Source: Octopus vulgaris (taxonomy: Eukaryota). From it: a stretch of DNA of 64,000 bases. This document shows, in pieces, positions 14,185 through 27,924 of this stretch. Position 1 is the stretch's first letter. The number at the start of each line of letters is the position of its first letter. The position numbers and the translations under genes were made by a program. The stretch spans positions 29,078,001 through 29,142,000 of the forward strand of contig OX597825.1 of the NCBI GenBank assembly GCA_951406725.2. The letters are read 5' to 3'. The notes below the pieces were generated by a model. That model did no database searches. It was given only the letters and a program-made list of their open reading frames with translations, and had not been told where the DNA came from.

Positions 14185-14770
14185 ATTTAGTAATTTGAAA
14201 GAGATTTGCGACACAAACGTGAAAATGACAGCTATTAAAAATAAGTTTCCCACCTTTTCTGACTTAAAAAATGTTAATTTAAAAGATATGAAAATACTGT
14301 GCACACATTACTGTGAATATAGTCCAAGCAGCGAGAAAGAAGTCTTCATCTCATTTTGCTGATTTTCGCTTGCATGTATATGAGGTCAAGCTGCTAGCTA
14401 CTCCATTTGATGTGGAAGTGGACATTGAATCAGAAAATTATCAAACGGAATTGATTGAGATGCAGTCGGCTGACATATTGAGGTCGAAATTTCATTCTGA
14501 AGCTGTGTCAGTATCTCACTTCTATCGAGAATAATATTCGTCAAAATGGGAAATATCCAAACTTAAGATATCCATGCAACTTTGGCGTCATTGTTTGGCA
14601 GCACTTAACGGTTTGAGCAATTATTTTCAAAACTGAAACTCACCAAGAACCATTTGAGAACAAAATTAACTGATGCCCACCTGGATAATGTCTTGCTGTT
14701 GGCATTATCAAGCCTAACATTTATTATTGAAGTGCTTTCAAGCAACAAATTACATTAAATTCCTCCCTGA
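14185..14770 (+). pseudogene. hAT transposase C-terminal remnant (SPIN/GTF2IRD2-like, dimerisation domain)
   Basis: FADFRLH..KLLATPFDVEVD...YQTELIEMQSADILRSKF...HFYR, then KYPNL and LASLFGST*RFEQLFSKLKLTKNHLRTKLTDAHLDNVLLLA. Contains stops and frameshifts. Confidence 0.88.
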
Positions 14771-16119
14771 TGCATCGACTGTATCTGTAAAGATTAAATA
14801 ATTCTACTATCAAATACATCACGTTCATAAGATATTTTTATTTTTATAAATAAGTTAATGATTCTTTATATTTTCAATATATTGGAAAGTGACTCTGAAT
14901 CAAATTAAATTCCAAGTAAATCGAATTCTTTCATTACTAATTGGTATTCTTCTCTAAGCAAAAATTATTTCTAAATATGTGACGTATATTGATTTGGTGG
15001 AAACTTAAACTAGGCATAATCAAAATGGTTAATTTGCGTGTTTCAAATTTAGGTGACATCAATCTGGCTCAACATCCACTCCTTAATACGCAACTCGGCC
15101 AACAGAAGCAAAAAATGTATTTTGATCCTGGTTCAAATTGATAAACCCAAAGTAATGTATGAATTCCCTCCCTTGCGTTACTTGGAAATAATTACCATTC
15201 ATGCTAATGATTTTTTCTAACGGTTATGATATCAATTCAGTAAAAAAATAAAATAGGTAGATCAGTGTGAAAACTTTATCCTCTCAGAGTCATTATAATG
15301 TCTAGCAAGTACGTGTTTAACAATATTTCACTAAGGAGATCTAAAGCGACCCGAATATATCTGCGTTTCCTCTTTACACACAAAAGGCCCGACTCACTCC
15401 CCATTACGTTTCTACATTTAATCTTTAATCCATACAAATTTCAGATTTCTCTCTCTTTCCTTCCTTCGCAAGAATTGTCCTTTGATTCAATAATCTTTTG
15501 GGTTCCCTAGATTGAGTATATTAACCTGCACTTTATATGTTTTTCATACAGAAGTTACCCTACAAAATTTGCAAATTACAATGTTCAAATCTTAAAACGA
15601 TTCTTCACTCATAATAGTAAGTGCCTTTCGGGTTTTTTAGTATGTATTGTACAGACGGACATCACGTGGTTAGTATGTGTGTTATCTCAAAGGAAATTAT
15701 TTAGTAACTCTAACAATGAAAACAATAGTATTATCAATTATATTGTACCAGAATAAGACAGTAGGTGGCAAAAACGGTAAAGTAGTGGACTAAATTCCTT
15801 GCAGGATTCAATTTGTCCTTTTATGTTCTGACTTTGTATCCTGCTAAGTCCACTTGACTTTTCATCTCTCCAAAATCGATAAAATCAATAGTGCAGCAGA
15901 CTTTTGGCGAAGTGCTAGTGTGATGATAGAACTGGCTGGAATGGTAGAGTACTATAGGTACTAGTTGCATACTAAGGTCAATATATTCGATTATACCCTT
16001 TCTCCCGGATCTGAGGTCTTGTGTATATGTTAGAAATCGATCTTTGATTATGCTCTTTTCCCATTTGATTCATCTGTCCATGCTCGTTAAATTAAATCCA
16101 AATATGCCCACCACGAATA

Positions 16120-16313
16120 TTTTAGTTAAGAGTACACATCTGGATATCTAACTAAGAGTACCTACCCTAGCGCTTTAATTATGAGTAGCTACTCTAAAGT
16201 TTTAGTGAAAAGTACCCACTCCATCGATTTAATTAAGAGTACCCACCCTTATTGTTTTAGTGACGAATATACTTGAAAGATTTAATCGAAAGTACCCACA
16301 CTAAAGATTTTAT
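16120..16313. repeat. Degenerate minisatellite, unit about 26-27 bp, 7-8 copies
   Basis: Recurring TTTARTTAAGAGTACCCAC-like motif at regular spacing. Confidence 0.75.
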
Positions 16314-17996
16314 CAAGGGTGCTTTCCGCAACAACAGAATCAAAATTGTTACCTTACAGCAACACTTGAAGCCATCGTTATGAATTCTTTTCAGAAACCA
16401 CCTTATTCACTATCTGCACTATAATTCGGATTTCTGTGGAATGACCTGGGAAAAGCACACCGTCGGATACATGCCTGCGTATCACTCTTAATATTCCTTC
16501 TCAAGAAACGTCATGAAACTCAACGCTGCACACCGTGGAGTCAAACGTAAATAACTAGAACGTTGTCGCTGCTTCTAACGGTGAAGTATATCATCATTGA
16601 GATGTCGACGGACAGAAACGGACGGTAGAAACCTAACTGTTTTATCCTTAAATATATGGAACCGCTGGTTGATAAATACCAACGTTCCAGCTCTCTATTG
16701 ACTCTCCAATACCCTACTGACGCGGTCATTCCATATAAAGGAACCAGAAACACTAAAAGACTCTCAGATATCATAACTGGATTCAATCATTTTGAAAACT
16801 TAATTTTTTTGCAATCAAATGCTTCTTCTTCTTCTTCTTCTTCTTCTTCTTCTTCTTCTTCTTCTTCTTCTTCTTCTTCTTTTTCTTCTTCTTCTCCTTC
16901 CTCCTTCTCCTCCTCTTCTACGATGATGCTGTGTTCATAAGAAATCTGTAAAGAAATGCAATTGAAGAAATTTAACCATTGCGTTTGTGGTATGTTATTT
17001 TAAAGATCTTGAAGATATAAATGTCGATCCGAATGGAATTTGAACTCACAGCTTGTGCAGACGAAGCAAAGTACTGCAGCGTATTTAGTGAGATGCTCTA
17101 CTGTCTCAGCATCTCTCTAAATACGCTGCTTTATAAGAATGTTATGTTACATTAGAAGGTGGACAAAAGATAGGGATTGACAAAATAGTACCAGGAAAAA
17201 AAATACAGTATTATTTTCAGTAAGAATCCTTCAGTTTCTGATTTTGAATGCTTCTGCAGTAGACTTTACTTTCCGGCATTTTAGGGTCAATAAAATTAAG
17301 AGCTAATCAAGTATACGGTCGATTTAATCTCCTGTGCCTTCTGACAAAATGCGTGGCCCTGTGCCAAACTTAGAAAGCACTATAATTACCAAGAAACCCA
17401 TTGTCCCCACCTATCCATTCTTTGTCTTGCATCAACATTAACAAACAAAATCAATAACAGAAATAAAAGCAATATAAAACAGACAAAAAATTGAGAAAAT
17501 GAAAATATATGAAAAAAAAATGTAGTTACCGATTGGCTGATTAAATCTATTTTCTAAAACAATCTTTGATTGGTTGGATTGTTAGGATCATTAAGCGTTA
17601 TGAAATATTTATAGATCATTGACACTTGATATTTTACTAGCAATTACGGAAATTCGACTTCACAAGATCTGCTCAAATCTAATGGTATCTCGTTAAAAAT
17701 AATTTTTGCTTTTTAATGACGAAGACCAAGCATTATTGATATAATATTCATTTAAACTGAGAGATTATTTCGTTTACATTAGACAGCAGCGTTTGCAGTT
17801 GTAGACATTACTCTTGCTATGAGCTCATTTTTATCAAGTTAAATAAAATTTATACGAAAAACACTTCACAATATAACTTTTGAGAAAACGTGAAATATTT
17901 CTTTATCGATTTTTATATATTTATTTATTTATTTACTTATTCATTTATAGAATAGTGAAGCTCGAAACAGATGATAATTCGATAAATAATAAAGTA

Positions 17997-18338
17997 TAGT
18001 GATCCCTCGTTTATCGCGGTAGATTTGTTCCGAGATCGCCAGCGATAACTGAATTTCCGCGAAGTAGGGACACCATATTTACTGAATTTATTTACCGTGC
18101 ATTTGGACTTTTAAAGCCCTCCCTGTACTGTTAACAACCCACCCATTAAAGTAGTCTATTAATAACAAGGACAACCGTTAAGCAATAACATCAGTGTATA
18201 GATATTGAGTTAAAAAATTCTTTTTTATAGAAAAAGTCGCCTTCGACTTTTTCTCTCCAAAAGAATTTTTCAAACCAGTATTTACCTGTTATTATTTATA
18301 GCCTTATCATCTGCTTCGAAATCCACCATTCTCCAAAA

Positions 18339-18340
<2 letters not shown>
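17997..18340 (+). mobile_element. pogo/Tigger-like MITE 5' portion
   Basis: TA followed by TAGTGATCCCTCGTTTATCGCGG, resembling CAGT-starting Tigger TIRs. The right end is uncertain. Confidence 0.55.
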
Positions 18341-18406
<66 letters not shown>

Positions 18407-19261
18407 ATACATAGAAGTGATTACATAAAAAGTGTTTTATCGCCTACTCAAAAAGAAAGATCAATCTTTTTGACTGCATGACGATTCTGACGCCCTGTGA
18501 AATTGGTAGGAACCGTGTGGTCTAAACGACCATCCAGCGAAGGAATATCTCTGTACAATTTACGAAAATTAGAAATGAAATTGCCCTTTGCAGGATATCT
18601 TTCAAAGGAAGGTGTTAATCATCTTATCACTGTCAATAAATATAAACTACGTGGACAATGCTTCTTTGCGGACAAGCTTTTTCTTCTTCTTCTTTCAGTA
18701 CATTCAAAATAAATATGGTTTCTCTGTGGTTTTGACATCGCAATTATTTTCATTTACAAGGGGGAAAAAATAGTTACAGCTTGGTAGTTGAAAAAAAAGA
18801 AATTTAAACAGGAAAAACGACTAGAAAACACGAATAAGAGACTACGCTGTATCTTCATAAAACGAGGCATTTTCTGACAGTTGTTTTAGATCAGTAAGTC
18901 TAGTTATTCTGTTTTTTAGAATTTATATAAAATTTTCATTTGGCCTACTTTGTTCTCGACTCAACACACATAGGCCTTGATATTGGTACAAATATTTTTT
19001 TTTTATTACTTTATTTGCCACAGGGGTGACATAAAGACAAGTTAAAAAACCAATGGTGGTGGGGGTGGTGATGGCGGTGTCAGTGATGGTGGTAGTGGCG
19101 ATGGTTGGTTGATATAGAATCAATATCACAAAATAATAGACATGGAAAGCAATACTGGTGCTAAAGGAAATGAACTGACACAGAATAAACGGGAAGAGCA
19201 ACCACTTAGACCCCGTCGAGGAATCCAACAAAACCTATGTTAGACCTATTATTTCATAAGA

Positions 19262-19420
19262 CCCTGAGTTCAAATTCTGTCGGGTTCGACGTTTTCCTAC
19301 CATCTTTTCAGGGTCGATGAAATAAGCACCAGTGATGCACTGGGGGTGGGGGTGATGTAATCGACTTACTTCCGCCGCCGAAATTGCTAGCCTTCTGCCA
19401 ATAATTTGAAATCATCATCA
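19262..19420 (+). mobile_element. SINE family B 3' part
   Basis: CTGAGTTCAAATTC plus core. Duplicated at 20919-21030. Confidence 0.75.
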
Positions 19421-19482
19421 TCATCATCATCATCAGTAGTAGTAGTAGTAGTAGTAGTAGCAGTAGTAGTAGTAGTAGTAGT

Positions 19483-19568
<86 letters not shown>

Positions 19569-19644
19569 CGGCGGCGGCGGTGAATGAACATATTAATAAC
19601 GATGAAATTTATTGTCAATAATAAGGACGGATGATGATGATGAA

Positions 19645-19679
<35 letters not shown>

Positions 19680-19718
19680 CGACGATGATGATGACGACGA
19701 TGATGATGATGGTGATGG

Positions 19719-19750
<32 letters not shown>

Positions 19751-19811
19751 AAATTGAAGAGTATGAAGTCAGTCAGGTAACGAGTGAAGATAGGAAAGCA
19801 TCATCACCATC

Positions 19812-19843
<32 letters not shown>

Positions 19844-20074
19844 CGTCATCATCATCATTATCATCATTCAAAAGCAACTCATATTACTGCTACTGCTACT
19901 GCTAGATAGAGGGAGAGGTTGGAAGAAAATGACTCTGGTGGCATTAGATGTTTTATGGGTGGTAATAATGGCTGTGTATGCTTTTAATGTTTGTATTTAC
20001 TTGGAAGAATATGCTTTATATGATTAAATATAACATACTTCAGTACGGTATTCCTGCTGCTGCTGCTGCTGCTG

Positions 20075-21031
20075 CTTATCTTCAGGTCAAAAGCTTATCG
20101 AGTACACCTATGATCGAAGTTCTTCTCATTAGGACCAACCTGTGTATTTTTTTTTAGAGACCAGGTGTCTAGGACTTCATTATCCTTTGTGAGTTTCCCC
20201 GCTATCTAGACGACACCGTGTGGCTGCTATTTCTTGCAGGTCCAGCGATTGCATAGAGGCTTTTGTACTATGGTTTTTAAGGTTATTTAACCCCAGGTCA
20301 TCCCTGATTAAGTAAATCTCTCAACGAAAGCCTTCTAGCCGTGATCATTCCATTATTTTGTAAACCAGCTCCGATGTGTTCCAGAATAGATTTCTTTATG
20401 TAAGATTTGTGGGTTATGATTTAAATGGTATTTGGCTGCTCTTTCTTGCAGGCCGAGTGACCACGTAGATGCTCTATCGTTTACATTATAGTTAATATTG
20501 TGTACATGTTTGCTTCGCTTTTGTCATTAAAACTCTTTCATCTGCTTTATAATAGATGTTCATTTGACTTGTGAAGTTGACTCAGCGCTTGTGAAATAAA
20601 TGGTGCGGGGGAAGTGTCGTTTATTCATTACTTTAGGTGGCATCGAGTATTGAATTTATTGGTAATTGTGTCTACAGGTTTGTTTGCACAACCAGTTCGA
20701 TGGCTCAAATATCAGTGCCGAAGAAAATATATCAAAGAAAAGCAATTCAACAGACAGGACTTCCATGGATAATTGAAAAGAAAACTTTCATGTTGTTGCT
20801 TTGTGTATATATTGTAATTGTTGTTGTTGTTTAGTGCCAAGTCAACCTTGATTGAACGGAATAGCGATGAAAGACACTCTAGTTATGATTTCCATCATTT
20901 TTGTTCTTTTCCTAAACTCAGGGTCGATGAAATAAGTACCAGTGATGCACTGGGGGGTAGGGTGATGTAATCGACTTACTTCTTCCGCCAAAATTGCTAG
21001 CCTTCTGCCAGAAATTTGAAATCATCATCAT

Positions 21032-21068
<37 letters not shown>

Positions 21069-21170
21069 CGCGAACTGTATCCTTTACATTTTTTTAAAAG
21101 GTGGTAGTGTATGATTGAAGAGAAAATTCAGCTACTATTTCTAGCAGCTTGATGACTCGTAGAATGAAAG
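20075..21170 (+). repeat. Cluster of about three copies of an old, unclassified interspersed repeat of about 210 bp
   Basis: Motifs ACCTATGATC...CAGCCGTGA(T/C)CAT(T/C)CC and GGCTGCTATTTCT(A/T)GCAGG. Related copies at about 3408-3565 (+), 34580-34636 (-) and 61980-62140 (-). Confidence 0.55.
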
Positions 21171-21532
21171 TTTACATCTCGGTTAACAAAAATTAACAAA
21201 AATACACATCAGGAATGTTTTCCAATTTCCATGAGAGCAACAGTGCTTCCGGTCAACCAATCTTCCTCCATAATAATTCCCTACGTCTGACTTAAGTTCT
21301 ATATAATGCTTTCTGAAAAGTCCGTTGGATCTCACGACACCCCAAATAAAGACTAAACTTAAGAGACTGAAATTAAATTAGTAGGCTCGAAAATACCGCG
21401 GCTTTGGAGGTCTTAGTAACGAATCTCTATTTCGCATTCTCTCTCGCTTTCCCTCGTCCCTCCCCCTCCCTATCCCCTGTTCTTTGTCTCCTTCCTTCTT
21501 CTGTTTCTGTGAGTTCAAATCTTAACGAGTTT

Positions 21533-21796
21533 GAAGAAGAAGAAGAAGAAGAAGAAGAAGAAGAAGAAAAAGAAAAAGAAGAAAAAAGAAAAAGAAAAGA
21601 AAAAGAAAAAGAAGAAGTAGAAGTAGAAGTAGAAGAAGAAGAAGAAGAAGAAGAAGAAGAAGAAGAAAAAGAAAAAGAAAAAGAAAAAGAAGAAAAAAAG
21701 AAAAAGAAAAAGAAAAAGAAGAAAAAAAGAAAAAGAAAAAGAAAAAGAAGAAGAAGAAGAAGAAGAAGAAGAAGAAGAAGAAGAAGAAGAAGAAAG
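21533..21796 (+). repeat. Near-pure polypurine (GAA/GAAAAA)n tract
   Basis: About 260 bp containing only three T residues (GTA units). Confidence 0.95.
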
Positions 21797-22467
21797 CGGA
21801 GTTAACTGTGATATGAACCCAAGTCTATTTAATCGAAAGAAGAGCTTAACCGATCGAATGGGCTATACACCTTGTTTCCAATATATATGTGGTTGTCATA
21901 TTGAACCCAAAAGGACAGAATGCAAAAAGAGAAAAAAAATGGATGATACAAAAAGCAGAAAGATATAAGCTGAGAGCCTAGAAGAGTTCTCGGAAAAAAT
22001 CTGTATGGTAATTTTATTTTGTCCGTTGTTCTGTCGATTCTGCCATTGGCAACGATTACATTGGCACAAGGCCACATATTTTAGAGGTGGCATTGCGGGG
22101 AGTAGCTGAATTCATCAACCGAAATAGTTTACATTCAACGGAATGTTGAACATCGGTCGAACTGCCGTGATATTTAAAATATGGTGGTTCCAAGTTAAGA
22201 AATGTTGTAGAAATTTGCCACCAGTAAGATCACTAGACAGTAAACAGGAATAATTCAAGGTAACTCAGATATAAAATACATACATATCCACATGTATACA
22301 TACATACATACGTACATACATACATACATACATACATACATACATACATACATACATACATAGATGGGTATGCACATACATGCACCCGTGCATATTTATA
22401 TTTATGTATAGGTATGTATATATATATATATGTATGTATATATATATGTATATATATATGTATATAT

Positions 22468-22520
22468 ATTTGTTGTCTACACCACGAGTCTTCGTCATTT
22501 GTTTTTTTGTGAATTCTCTG
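22468..22520 (+). mobile_element. 3' tip of the TA-embedded element seen at 35160-35397
   Basis: TTTGTTGTCTACACCAC...GTC.T.CGTC.TTTGTTTTTT...TGAATTCTC matches 35337-35391. Flanked by TA repeats. Confidence 0.7.
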
Positions 22521-22590
22521 TATATATATATATATATCTATGTATGTATATATATATATGTATATATATATATGTATGTCTGTATGTATG

Positions 22591-22633
<43 letters not shown>

Positions 22634-22932
22634 ATAGTATTAATTGCTATAACCACCTATAATATAATGTATTTAATATATCTTAATATCTTAATATATT
22701 ATAATATCTTATAGTATGTTACATACACACACAAACATGTATGTATGTATGCATATATGTACTTGTATGTATGTTTTTATATATATTTGAATGTATCAAT
22801 ATATAAATATGCATTCATTTATATACATACATGTATTTATACATTATATGTATATATGTATATACATACACAGATACATACATATATACATACATACGTT
22901 TATATACATATATATATGTATATATATGTATG

Positions 22933-22963
<31 letters not shown>

Positions 22964-22966
22964 GTA

Positions 22967-23027
<61 letters not shown>

Positions 23028-23452
23028 TCACATTTTACATTTCACCTCTAGCTACCTATTCATGCATATAAACATACATACAGAAACACAGACGGAAATG
23101 TATGTAGGTATGAGCGTGTGGGCGTACCAATGTGAAGCTGACGTATATATATTTCTTCAAGCTAAAACAATTATAGCTCTAACAAAAAGGAACACTTCCC
23201 ATAACTTAGATCTAAAACACACACGCACTAATTATACAAATATCACTGCCAAAATACTAAACAATATACACTTGCACTGAGAGATTCGGTGCACGTGCAC
23301 CAAAAGCACACATAACACACTCGCACGCACACATACATACACATGTACATACATAGATACGTTAGGGCATACATACAGGCATATATATATATATATATAT
23401 ATATATACATGTGTATGTATATACATGTGTGTGTATGTATGTATATTAATAT

Positions 23453-23489
<37 letters not shown>

Positions 23490-23492
<3 letters not shown>

Positions 23493-23527
23493 TAGACGGA
23501 AACTGAAAGAAGCCTGTCGTATATATG

Positions 23528-23575
<48 letters not shown>

Positions 23576-23798
23576 TGTGTCTGTGTTTGTCCCCCTAGCA
23601 TTGCTTGACAACCGATGCTGGTGTGTTTACGTCCCCGTCACTTAGCGGTTCGGCAAAAGAGACCGATAGAATAAGTACTGGGCTCACAAAGAATAAGTCC
23701 CGGGGTCGATTTGCTCGACTAAAGGCGGTGCTCCAGCATGGCCGCAGTCAAATGACTAAAACAAGTAAAAGAGTAAAAGAGTAAAAGAGAGTAAAGAG

Positions 23799-23861
<63 letters not shown>

Positions 23862-24080
23862 AAATATGTATTGTTTGTGTGTGTATCTGTGTTTGTCCTC
23901 CACCACCGCTTGACAACCATTCTAAGTGTATTGACGTCCCCGTAACCTAGCCGTTCGGTAAAAGCGAGCGATAGAATAATTACAAGATTTTAACAAAAAG
24001 AAAAAAAACAAACAAGTACCGGATTCGATTCTTTCGACTAAAATTCTCGAAGGCATTGCTCCATCATGGCCGCAATCCAA
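23490..24080 (+). mobile_element. Two headless SINE family A copies in tandem
   Basis: 23490-23799 is close to consensus. 23880-24080 is diverged. Confidence 0.85.
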
Positions 24081-24317
24081 GAACTCAACTGTCGGTTAAA
24101 TAGATTTTGAAATCTGATGATTACTACGAACGTTTGAAAGCACTAATTGAACTTTATGAACATTATGAAATATTTTTTCAATGTTAAAATACCATAATGA
24201 AAGTTTATTCAATTTATATATACATTCATACAAACTCGGAAAAAAATACACATATAGATTCATACATAAATACATATATACATATACATATATACATACA
24301 CACACACACACACACAT

Positions 24318-24361
<44 letters not shown>

Positions 24362-24363
<2 letters not shown>

Positions 24364-24593
24364 TTTTATAATTTTACTTGTTTCAGTCATTTGACTTTGG
24401 CCAGGTCGGGGTACCACTTTTAGTCGAGCAAATCGACCCCAGGACTTATTCTTTGTAAGCCTAGTACTTTTTCCGAACTGTTAAGTTACGAGGACATAAA
24501 CACACCAGCATCGGTTGTCAAGCGATGTTGGGGGAGGACAAACACAGACACACAAACATATATACACACATACAAACGTACATATATATATAT

Positions 24594-24624
<31 letters not shown>

Positions 24625-24695
24625 CATATATATACACATACATACACACGCGAGCGAACACACACACACACACAGATATATATTCTACGGGCTTA
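24362..24695 (-). mobile_element. SINE family A, partial
   Basis: Tail and body match family A, with an internal deletion. Confidence 0.85.
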
Positions 24696-25014
24696 CATTT
24701 AAAAGCATAAAATAGCACTATAGTGTGCACTATGAAAGAATTAACTGAAGAGTGCACAAGATGTCAGCGTGTGTGTTGGACAAAGGTGGACTGTACTTGC
24801 GAACATGTCTACGTCCAAGCTCACACAGAGACCAAATACACTCACAGTAAAACTATCATACACACGTAAAGGCATTTAAATATAAATCTACTTATATTCA
24901 CGTTTTATAGCATGAGCGTATGAGTGCAACTATACATATAGTATATAGGCATATATAGAAACATGTATGCATATATATATATATATACATATATATATGT
25001 GTGTGTGTGTGTAA

Positions 25015-25048
<34 letters not shown>

Positions 25049-25065
25049 AAAAATAATATACATAA

Positions 25066-25112
<47 letters not shown>

Positions 25113-25343
25113 TATACATATATATATATGCACAAATATACATATACATTCACACACATACATCAATATATATATATATATTGCGTACATTAGTACACTC
25201 GCATCCACACTCATATGTTATGCATATATTCATACATGCATCTATGCATGAGCATATATAACTATATATATATATGTATTGCCTATATGCATATAAATAT
25301 GCATCTATCCATGTTTATACACATGTGTACGTAGGCATGTAAT

Positions 25344-25392
<49 letters not shown>

Positions 25393-25438
25393 TATATATG
25401 TGTGTGTGTGTGTGTATATTTATATTTATATATATATG

Positions 25439-25470
<32 letters not shown>

Positions 25471-25988
25471 GATAGATATGCATATACATATGTATATATG
25501 TGTGTGTGTGTGTCTGTATGTATGTGTGCGTACGTATGTGTAACCGTGTATGTATCTCGATATATATTTAGGCAGAACTTGTGTGCACACTTGAGATACA
25601 AATCAAGATTTGTGGCCAGTGGCATGCTGCAACAACCTAGAATCATTTGTTTTCTGAATCGTTCCGTGTAAATTGCAAAAATCAGTTTCAATTATCCTCA
25701 AATCTTAGCAACAGAAATTAAAATAATGAAAGACAAATGGAACAAAAAGAAATAAAAGAGAAAGAGAAAAAACCGAAACAAGATCCACACAGCGAATAAA
25801 AAGAAGGAAAATGAACAACAACCAAACAATCAAACAAATTGCAATAAAAAAAAATATCAAAAAGGAAACAAAAAATACTTTACCGAACTGTCCGTTTGTC
25901 TGTCGGTATGTTTGACGAACAGACTCGATGAATAAGTGGAAGCACGGATAAAAGAAACTATACTGCTGCTACTACTACAACTGCTATA

Positions 25989-26050
<62 letters not shown>

Positions 26051-26065
26051 TAATAATAATAATAA

Positions 26066-26265
26066 TTCTTTGCACTATGGGCACAAAGCCTGTAATTTTG
26101 GAGAGGTCGACCCATATTATTCCAATTGTACTTAATTTATCGCCCCGAAATGATGAAAGTCAAAATCAGCCTCAGCGGAATTTGAACTCAGAACGTAGCG
26201 AATGGCGAAATACTGCTAAGCATTTCGTTCAACCTACTAACGATTCTGACAGCTCACCTCGCCTC

Positions 26266-26333
<68 letters not shown>

Positions 26334-26550
26334 TCTTTCTACGATCGGCATAAGCCCTTAAATTTGGTGGAGGTGGGGGTAAGTCGATTACACTGACCCC
26401 AGTGGTCAAGCGGTACTTCGCTTATCCCGAATCCGAAAGAATGAAAGGCAAAGTCGAGCTTACCGGCGTTTGAACTCAGAACGCGTAGCCCGAAGAAATG
26501 CTACCAAACATTTTGTTCGACATACGAACGATTCTGTCAGCTCGCCGTCC
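26066..26550 (-). mobile_element. Two SINE family B copies separated by (TAA)n
   Basis: GGAATTTGAACTCAGAACG and CAGCTCGCC-like head motifs each occur twice. Confidence 0.75.
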
Positions 26551-26712
26551 AAATAATAAGGACGATGATGACGATGATGATGATTCTTTTGTGGGTTTCA
26601 ATTACGGGGCAATGAGGACAGAATAGAACTTGTGCGAGGATTTGCACAAAAATCTGTTGGTGAGAAAAAAAAAAATTCCATATCATAATAATAATAATAT
26701 CTATTTCTGGGC

Positions 26713-27022
26713 TGTGGAGGCATTATCATCCTAGTGGATAGAGCAGCGAATTCGCGGTCGAGAGATCGCAGGTTCGAATCTCAGACCGGGCGATGTGTGT
26801 GTTTATGAGCGAAACACCTAAGCTCCAAGCGGCTCCGACAGAACGTAATGGCGAACTTCTGCTGACACTTTCGCCACAACTTTCTCTCACTCTTTCCTCC
26901 TGCATCTTGCAGCTCTCCTGCGACGGACCATCATCCCGTCCAGGTGGAGGGGGGGGACCTATACGCCGAGGAAACCAGGAAACCGGCACTTATGATCCAG
27001 GCTTGGCTCGAGAAGGAACAAA
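26713..27022 (+). mobile_element. SINE with family C-type tRNA head and a different 3' module
   Basis: Head and first ~180 bp align with 61018-61195. The 3' part (CTGCGACGGAC...CCCGTCCAGG...GGAAACCGG) is unrelated to the family C tail. Confidence 0.8.
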
Positions 27023-27327
27023 GAGATTTGTGGGTACAAGTCCTGAAATTTTGCAGAGAAGCGTTTCGATAATTATATCGACAACAGTACTCAGCTGGTA
27101 CTTATTTTATGGAACCCGAAAGAATGATAAATAAAAGGCAAAATCTGTCAGAAATCTTGAAATGAATCCTGCTGAAGCAATCGCTTATCAGAAGAGATAA
27201 AAAGCATCCACACACAATCATTGTAACCAATCGCATAACTACAAGCAAACACATACACGCGTCCGCGTATATGTGTGGGTGTGTATACATATATATTTAA
27301 ACAATGCAAAAGAAGTAGGAAGAGAAG

Positions 27328-27358
<31 letters not shown>

Positions 27359-27924
27359 CATACATATATATATTCATATACATAGATATATGTGTATGTG
27401 TGTCTATGTGTGTGTGTGTAAATTATATGAAGAAAATTGTAAAAGCATGTAGATACATAACGTCATAGAGATATGCAATTAAAGATGCATCTAAACACAC
27501 ACTCGCACCCACCCACACTTACGAGTCAGTGTGTTCCCGAGTGGATTCTTGGAGGCAGTTATAAGTCGATATATACACACACATACATATATATACATAT
27601 ACATGTGTGTGTGTATACGAGTAATATAAAAACAAATGAAAATGAGAGTAGGAATACAAAATAATGAAAACCGCAATATATAAAAGAAGCAACAACAACA
27701 AAAAAATGATCTAAACATGCTAGCTCATGGTAGTGCTAGTATAAGTATTAGTAGTAATAGTAGTAGTGGTAGTAGTAGTGATAGTGGTAGTGGTGGTGGT
27801 GGTGGTGGTGGTGGTGGTGGTGGTGGTAGTGGTGGTAGTTGTAAATGCCGACCGCAATAAACGTAAGTAAAGAAATTAGATCTTACCCTTAAAAAAATAT
27901 TGCATGCTTCGTAATCATCCTCAA

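Noticed and set aside
16120-16313. CRISPR-like repeat-spacer appearance
   Set aside because: Units are degenerate, variable parts are only about 10 bp, the context is eukaryotic and there are no cas genes.
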